Positions 13,401-22,400 of a DNA stretch of 64,000 nt are shown here, piece by piece. How positions within the stretch are numbered: the first letter of the stretch is position 1; each line of letters begins with the position of its first letter. Source of the stretch: Camelus ferus. Taxonomy: Eukaryota. A model generated the notes under the pieces. The model had not been told where the DNA came from. It was given only the letters and a program-made list of their open reading frames with translations, and did not search any database. The stretch is from assembly GCF_009834535.1 (NCBI RefSeq), contig NC_045715.1, forward strand, positions 5,022,001-5,086,000, read 5' to 3'. The position numbers and the translations under genes were made by a program.

Positions 13401-16400
13401 GGCAAGTTCAGCGAGAAAGTCGCCCAGCTGACCGATCGCTGGCAAAGAATTGATAAGCAGATAGACTTCAGGTGTGCCAACCTCCTTCCACACTTTCTTC
13501 CCATTTGGTTGTTCCCCACATCCTGTCACTTGAAGTGATCACCGTAAAGCCAGTGGTTTTGTTTCGTGTGTAAGTTACGCAGCCTCGGCGCTTTCTTCGT
13601 GGCCTTGCTGTACCAGAGGCAGCTCTGTTGGTAATGGGACAGGGAACCTCCCAATAGCCAAGCTCGATGCCAAGTGCCATCCAGATTCTTAGGGAAACAG
13701 TGGAAGCCATTGATCAAGCTCCTTCATGCCCCATAAATTCAGGAGTAGATGCTTGTACATCTTACACAAAAGAAATGCCTTCCTACAAAGCGAGGTTTAA
13801 GCAAATATCTTGAATCCTGCTTGTAGTTTATTTTACCAGGAGTGCTTCTTGAGTTACAGATCATTGATACGTAATTCACATGCCGCACAGTACACCCACT
13901 GAAGGTGTACAGTTCAGTGTTGTGTCGTGTATTCAGAATGTGTAACCATCACTACAATCTTTAAGCTTAGAATATTTTTTCTTACCCTAAAAAAGAAACC
14001 CCATACCCACTGGCGGTCACTCCCCATCCCCTCACAACCCTCCAGCCCCAAACGGCCACCATTCTGCTTGCTGTCTCTGTAGATTTGCCTATTCGGACAT
14101 TTCATCTAAACGGAAACATCTGATATGTATCCTTGGTGATTGCTTTTTTTTGCTGAACATAATGGCTTCAAGGTTCATCCAGGGTGTAGCACAGTGTCAG
14201 TACTTCATTTCTTTTTATGACTGAGGGATACTCCGTTGTCTGGCTGTAACACATTTTGTTTATTCTCTCATCAATTGATGGATATTGGGGTTGTTCCCTG
14301 TTTTGGGCTCTCGTGAAAAATGCTGCTACGAACGTTCATGGAGAACTTTCCGTGTGGATGTCTGTTTTCAGTTCTCCTGGGTGGACTTGCTGGGTCATCG
14401 GGTAAATCTGTGTTAAATGTTTTGAGGAGCAGTAGCCATGCTTTAATGATTTTATTGTATCTGTTTNNNNNNNNNNNNNNNNNNNNNNNNNNNNNNNNNN
14501 NNNNNNNNNNNNNNNNNNNNNNNNNNNNNNNNNNNNNNNNNNNNNNNNNNNNNNNNNNNNNNNNNNNNNNNNNNNNNNNNNNNNNNNNNNNNNNNNNNNN
14601 NNNNNNNNNNNNNNNNNNNNNNTGAATGAGCAGAAGGTATGAGCTAATTTACCACTGCATTAGATTTCATTGGGCGTAAGTTGTATTTTCCTCTGGTTGT
14701 GTTTTCATAGCGGTACCCAGGTTTGAAATAATAAATATTTAATAATTACTAGTCCCTTTTGTGAATGCTTAAATTGTGCCCAGAGGAAAAGCAATGGAGA
14801 TGTTTACAAAGAAATGTGCTTATGAATGTAGAATAATGTAACATTGTAGTAAAGTATCTTTGTGAATTAAGTGATAGGACCAGAAAAGAGTGCTGACCAG
14901 ACAGTAACCTCTTAGATAATAAGAAGTTGAAGATCTTCCTTCTCTTATCTGAATAGGAAACATGCTCATCTTTTAAGGTTTCGCTGTGAGAATACGGGTC
15001 GGAACATGTAGTAATAAACTGAGGGAAAAGACCAAGTAACAGTGGTTTAAAGAGTAAAAGAACATTTATTTTAAAATAGGTGTGCACTTTAACATTTGTA
15101 AATATTTTCTTTTTTGTAAAGAACTTGCACAATGAAATAAGTGGCAAACGAGACAAATCAGAGGAAGTACAAAAAATTGCCGAACTGTGTGCGAATTCCA
15201 TTAAGGTATGTTGGTTTCACAGAGGATGTCGGTTTTTCACAGAGAATATTATTCACTGTGTTTATTTCGGCAGCACAGTATACTAAAGCGGGAATGCTGC
15301 AGAGAAGGTTGGCATGGCCCTTATGCAAGGATGACATGCAAATTCATGAAGCGTTTCATATTTAAAAAAAGAATGTGATTAACTGCATTATTTTCTGATT
15401 CACTTCAAAGGTTATAGATTTCTTGGGGACAGCGATTATGGCTTTTGTATATTCTCTCCTGAACAAACCGTAAACGCTTGTTATCCATCAGCTTGAATTC
15501 ATTTTGCATAGGCAGTATCTCCAGGAATGGGCTGGTCTTCATTCTTGAAACTGGTGTGTCCAAAAATCCCCATTTAGCATATAAAGATGTGCTGCCTGGT
15601 TCAATAATGTGATGTTAGGTGCTTGCACATTAGGAGCATGTGATAGCCTTTGGCGTTGGTCATTAGAAATGCAACTTGGTGATTTAAAACTGTGGAATTT
15701 GTAGCTGTCAGTGATTCCTTGGAAGCCCATTAAGCATGTTTTTCTCAAACTTCGTGATTCTGCAGGATTATGAACTGCAGCTGGCGTCATATACCTCGGG
15801 ACTGGAAACGCTGCTGAACATACCTATCAAGAGGACCATGGTTCAGTCGCCTTCTGGGGTGATTCTGCAAGAGGTACAGCTCTCATGACATATCTCTTAG
15901 AGTCTGCCCCTCCACATCTTCTCTCTGCCCGTCCCCTTCATGTCCTCCCTACACTCTCTGAATTCATCTCTTGTTACAGGGTAGCCACTCAGAAAGGTTT
16001 AATACATTCTGCTTTCTCTAGTGTGAGTCATCAGTTTAAGATGCATTTTAGGAAATGATCACTGAGAAGTCTGGGTCTGTTGTTTATATGTTCGAGACTT
16101 TGCAGAAACTGGGCTTAAATTCTGGGTTTAGTGAGGGAGACTTCTAAAAAGTGGAAAATACCTGGTAGATTTCGAGAAGACAACTTCTCAAAGGTATCAG
16201 AGACCATCATCTGTTCGATGGTTTAGGGGGAACACCCTGGAGTGATGAGAATGGAGTGCAATGTTTTCAGCCCTTTGTTTAGTGGTACATCTGGGTTTGG
16301 GAATCAGCCCACATGAACGAAAGAGAATTCACTCCTTAAATTATAAGGTCATCATTTGATGGTTTTAGAAAACAAAATTGGTCAACTGGCATAGGACGTT

Positions 16401-19400
16401 TTAAAATTTAATTTTTTTAATTGAAGTATAGTCAGTTACAATGTATCAATTTCTGGGGTACAGCATAATGTTTCAGTCATACATATACATACATGTATTC
16501 ATTTTCATAATAGGACTTTTTTTTAAATGCAACAGCTTTTATTTTTCCTTTCTCTCCTTTTCTCCAAGGCTGCAGATATGCATGCTCGGTACATAGAACT
16601 TCTCACAAGGTCTGGAGACTATTACAGATTCTTAAGTGAGATGCTGAAGAGTTTGGAAGATCTGAAGGTAATTTACTTTATCTCCTTGGAGGATCCAAAA
16701 AGAAAATAGGATAGAACTTTATTATTACTGCCTCATTATAACATGGATTTGGACATACCCACTGGTACAACTGTATTTCCTTCAAACAGTTAGTATAATA
16801 TAGTTTGTTCAGAAGTCAGGGGTCAGTTCTCTTCTCTGCTACCCTGCTCTGAATGGGCTTAGGTAGCATTTGCAAAACTACAGTACTTTACCTTACCCCC
16901 CAAACCCAGTAATTTCATTTAATGTTTGGTCAAGGAATTTGCTTTCTTTCTTTGTGTTAAATCAAGGAGAACACCCTGTATTAGCGGGATTTGAATTCTG
17001 CATGTCGAGTGATTGTTTAATTCACTCCTCATTTCTAATACTTGATTTGAGTCCATATGGAAACTAATACTTTGAAATAAAAGAAACATAATTTATGAAA
17101 TCATAAGCGTTTGGTTTTGGAAGAAATCACCTCATTTAAGAAAGCTGATAACTCAGAGGTGATACATCACTTACTGACATGATATAAGCAGTTGATGGAA
17201 GAATTATGACTGGAGTAGAGATCTCTTGAATTTTTATCTGGTAGCCTTTGTCTTGTATCACTCTTTATATGTGTACTTATGTGTGTGGTGTGTATGTGCA
17301 CATGTGTGTGCAGGTGTGTAACAAGAAATGAGAAAGCACATTGGTCTTATGGGGAGAGAGTACTGCTTCTTATGATGTGAGGCATTTTTTTTTTCAACAT
17401 ACTTATTTAAAAAATTGAAATATCGTTGATTTACAATGTTGTGTTAGTTTCTGGTATACAGCATAGTGATTCAGTTGTATATTCTCTTTCATTATAGGTT
17501 ATTACAAGGTAGTGAATATAGTTCCCTGTGCTCTACAGTAGGACATGTTATTTTTCTATTTTATATATAGTCATGTGTATCTGTTAATCCCAAACTCCTA
17601 ATCTTTCCCTCCCCCCACCTTTCCCCTTCAGTAACTATAAGTTTGTTTTCTATGTCTGTGAGTCTGTTTCTGTCTTGTAGATAAGTCCATTTGTGTCATT
17701 TTTTTAGATTCCACATATAGGTCATCTCCTATGATATTTGTCTTTGCGTCTGACTTAACTTCGCTGAGTATGATCATCTCAAGGCCCCTCATTCAACATG
17801 CTTTCTATTTCACTTCCACAGCTGAAAAATACCAAGATCGAAGTTCTGGAAGAGGAGCTAAGGCTGGCCCGAGACGCCAACTCTGAAAACTGCAATAAGA
17901 ACAAATTCCTGGATCAGAACCTGCAGAAGTACCAGGCAGAGTGTTCCCAGTTCAAAGCCAAGCTCGTGAGCCTGGAGGAGCTGAAGCGACAGGCTGAGCT
18001 GGATGGAAAGTCAGCCAAGCAAAACCTAGACAAGTGCTACGGCCAAATCAAAGAGCTCAATGAAAAGATCACCCGGCTGACGTACGAGATCGAGGATGAG
18101 AAGAGGAGGAGGAAGGCCGTGGAAGACAGGTTTGACCAGCAGAAGAGCGACTACGACCAGCTGCAGAAAGCGAGGCAGAGTGAGAAGGAGAGCCTGGGCT
18201 GGCAGAAACTGGAGTCTGAGAAAGCCATCAAGGAGAAGGAGTACGAGATAGAGAGGTTGAGGGTCCTGCTGCAGGAGGAGGGCGCCCGGAAGAGAGAATA
18301 TGAGAATGAGCTGGCAAAGGTAAGAAACCACTATAATGAGGAGATGAGTAATTTAAGGAACAAGTATGAAACAGAGATTAACATCACGAAGACCACCATC
18401 AAGGAGATAACCACGCAGAAAGAGGATGATTCCAAAAACCTCCGAAACCAGCTCGATCGACTCTCCAGGGAGAATCGCGACCTGAAGGAGGAGATCGTCC
18501 GGCTCAATGACAGCATACTGCAGACCACTGAGCAGCGGAGGCGGGCGGAAGAGGATGCCCTGCAGCAGAAAGCCTGCGGCTCCGAGATGCAGCAGAAGAA
18601 GCAGCAGCTGGAGGTGGAGCTGAAGCAGCTCATCCAGCAGCGCTCCGAGGACAACGCCAGGCACAAGCAGTCCCTGGAGGAGGCTGCCAAGACCATCCAG
18701 GACAAAAACAAGGAGATTGAAAGACTCAAAGCTGAGTTTCAGGAGGAGGCCAAGCGCCGCTGGGAGTATGAGAACGAACTGGCTAAGGTAAGGAGCAGTT
18801 ACGATGAGGAGATCATTAGCTTAAAGAACCAGTTCGAGACGGAGATCAACATCACCAAGACGACCATCCAGAAGCTCACCCTGCAGAAGGAAGAGGACAC
18901 CAGCGGCTACCGTGCCCAGGTGGACAACCTCACCAGAGAAAACCGGAGCCTCTCAGAGGAGGTCAAGAGGCTGAAGAGCACTCTGGCCCAGACCACGGAG
19001 AGCCTCCGGAGGGTCGAGGAGAACGTCCAGCAGCAAAAGGCCACGGGCTCGGAGATGGCTCAGCGGAAGCAGCAGCTGGAGATCGAGCTGCGGCAGGTCA
19101 CACAGATGCGGACGGAAGAGAGCATGAGGTACAAGCAGTCTCTGGACGATGCTGCCAAGACGATCCAGGACAAGAACAAGGAGATAGACAGGTTAAAGCA
19201 GCTGCTAGAGACAGAAACAAAGGAGCGCAGGTGCCTGGAGGAGGAAAATGCGAAACTGCAGCGGGCCCAGCACGAGCTGCAGAAAGCCAACAGCAGTGCC
19301 ACAGAGACAATTAGCAAACTGAAGGTTCAGGAGCAAGAGCTGTTGCGCCTGAGGATCGACTACGAGCGGCTGTCCCAGGAGAGGACCGTCAAGGACCAGG

Positions 19401-22400
19401 ACATTCGCCCGCTTCCAGAGCTCCCTGAAGGAGCTGCAGCTGCAGAAGCATAAGGCGGAGGAGGAGCTGATGCGGCTGAAGAGGGCAGCCTCCGAGGACT
19501 CCTCCAAGAGGAAGAGGCTGGAGGAGGAGCTGGAGGGCCTGCGGAGGACTCTGAAGGAGCAGGCAGTGAAAATCACCAGCCTGACCCAGCAGCTGGAGCA
19601 GGCGTCCATTCGGCAAGAAGAAGAGCGAGGATGACCTGCGGCAGCAGAGGGACGTGCTGGAAGGCCACCTGCGGGAGAAGCAGAGGACCCAGGACGAGCT
19701 GAGGAGGCTGGCCTCCGAGGTTGAGGCCCTGCGGCGGCAGCTGCTCCAGGAGCAGGAGAACGTCAAGCAGGCTCACGTGCGGAATGAGCACTTCCAGAAG
19801 GCCATCGAGGACAAGAGCAGGAGCCTGAACGAGAGCAAGATAGAAATCGAGAGGCTGCAGTCCCTGACCGAGAACCTGACCAAGGAGCACCTGATGCTGG
19901 AGGAGGAGCTGCGGAACCTGCGCCTGGAGTACGACGACGTCCGGCGGGGCCATAGCGAGGCCGACAGCGACAAGAACGCTACCATCTCGGAGCTAAGGAG
20001 CCAGCTGCAGATCAGCAACAGCCGGACCCTGGAGCTGCAGGGCCTGATTAATGATTTACAGAGAGAGAGGGAAAATTTGAGACAGGAAATTGAGAGATTC
20101 CAAAAGCAGGCTTTAGAGGTATTCACAAATATTTGATCGCAGCTCCACTGTGTCTTGAATGATGCACTCCGCGGTCCTCTGATCTCAGCTGTGCTCTTGC
20201 TGCTGGGGTGGCTGCTTGCAGAATATCTCACTTTTCTTTTGGTTGCTGTCTGCCACTGGCTGGCTGCTGCTGTGGACTGATTTCAGTGCTGTTTGCCTGG
20301 CTCTTTTGTCACTGCATCAAGTGTCCATCTGCGTGTGACCCAGGCCTGGCTCTGCTTTTAGACCTTTCACCTGGGTGGAGCATCTGAGATCACTTGCCTC
20401 TCAGTGACCCACTCTGTTTTCTACACATTGGCTCTTTGGGAGCTGTGACTATATTCGTAATTAAAATTTTGCTAAAGAAAAATCCCATTAAAGGGGTTTT
20501 CTATGCAATTTTTAAGTCAGTTTTTGAATTCTCACCTGCATGGTTTTTCTGCATGCCTTATCCTGTTCTCTCTTGATCATGGCCCTCCTGTGTTTCTTTT
20601 TGTTTGACTTTTCTCCTTTTACCCCCTAATTAAAACATTCAGCTTCTTTAACTTCTAACAACTGTTTGACTTAGGTAGAAAATATTTGTGTGGGGCTGGG
20701 TGTGGGGTGTGTGCGTATATGTCCATAGATTTGTATTGTTTTATTAAACATATTAGTATAGCTGTAGCAGGTGAGATGTAGGTATAGCGGGTGTGATAGC
20801 CTGGAACAAAACTCCCCGTATTTGTTCAAACCATAATTACTATTAAGAATGAGACAGGTCTGCAGTTGCTCCCATTTCCTTCTATGGGAAAATACAGTAA
20901 GTATAGAAGCCATTTATCAGAGTGGCAACATACATGCACAGAATTTTTTTCCATGAACTTGTAAGATAACAAAATAACAGTATATCCGAGGAAAACAGAG
21001 AAAGGGCAAATATGTAAATACACTTTTTTTTTTTTAATGTAGAAAAAGGTTAAGTGATGGTAGTCCTATGATATGATCAAATCATTTTTTCCTGTTTCTT
21101 TCTTTTCACCTTCTAGGCTTCTAATAGGATTCAGGAATCAAAGAATCAGTGCACTCAGGTGGTGCAGGAGAGAGAGAGCCTTCTGGTGAAGATCAAAGTT
21201 CTGGAGCAAGACAAGACCAGGCTGCAGAGGCTGGAGGATGAGCTGAATCGCGCCAAAGTGGCCCTCGAGGCAGAAAGCCGGGTGAAACAGCGCCTGGAGT
21301 GTGAGAAACAGCAAATCCAGAATGACCTGAACCAGTGGAAAACGCAGTATTCCCGCAAGGAAGAGGCTATCAGGAAGATTGAGTCAGAAAGAGAAAAGAG
21401 CGAGAGAGAGAAGAACAGCCTTCGGAGTGAGATCGAGAGGCTCCAGGCGGAGATCAAGAGGATCGAGGAGAGATGTCGGCGGAAGCTGGAGGATTCCAGC
21501 CGGGAGACGCAGTCGCAGATGGAGACAGAACGCTGCCGGCTTCAGAAGGAAATCGACAGACTCAAACAGCGCCCGTATGGGTCCCACCGGGAGACCCAGA
21601 CTGAGTACGAGTGGTCCGTGGACTCCTCAAAGCTGGTGTTTGACGGACTGAGGAAGAAGGTGACGGCGATGCAGCTTTACGAGTGCCAGCTGATTGACAA
21701 GACGACCCTGGACAAACTGCTGAAGGGGAAGAAGTCAGTGGAGGAAGTGGCCTCCGAGATCCAGCCTTTCCTCCGGGGAGCAGGCGCTATTGCTGGAGCT
21801 TCTGCCTCCCCGAAGGAGAAGTACTCTTTGGTAGAGGCCAAGAGGAAGAAACTGATCACCCCAGAATCCACAGTCATGCTCCTGGAGGCCCAGGCAGCTA
21901 CCGGCGGGATCATTGATCCCCACCGGAACGAAAAGCTGACCGTCGACAGCGCGATAGCCCGGGACCTCATCGACTTTGATGACCGCCAGCAGATATACAC
22001 GGCAGAGAAAGCCATCACTGGCTTTGATGACCCATTTTCAGGCAAGACAGTGTCTGTGTCGGAAGCCATCAAGAAAAATCTGATCGATAGAGAAACCGGA
22101 ATGCGTTTACTGGAAGCCCAGATTGCTTCAGGGGGGGTGGTGGACCCCGTGAACAGTGTCTTTTTGCCGAAAGACGTAGCCTTGGCTCGTGGGCTGATTG
22201 ACAGAGATCTGTATCGGTCCCTGAATGATCCCCGAGATAGTCAGAAGAACTTTGTGGATCCGGTCACCAAGAAGAAGGTCAGTTACATGCAGCTGAGGGA
22301 ACGGTGCAGGATCGAACCGCACACTGGCCTGCTCCTGTTGTCGGTACAGAAGAGAAGTATGTCCTTCCAGGGAATCAGACAGCCTGTGACCATCTCTGAG

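Noticed and set aside
15258-15363. Functional U6 snRNA gene
   Set aside because: About 18 substitutions, an A tail and a TSD; no recognisable upstream PSE/TATA because the flank is the exon 20 donor region.
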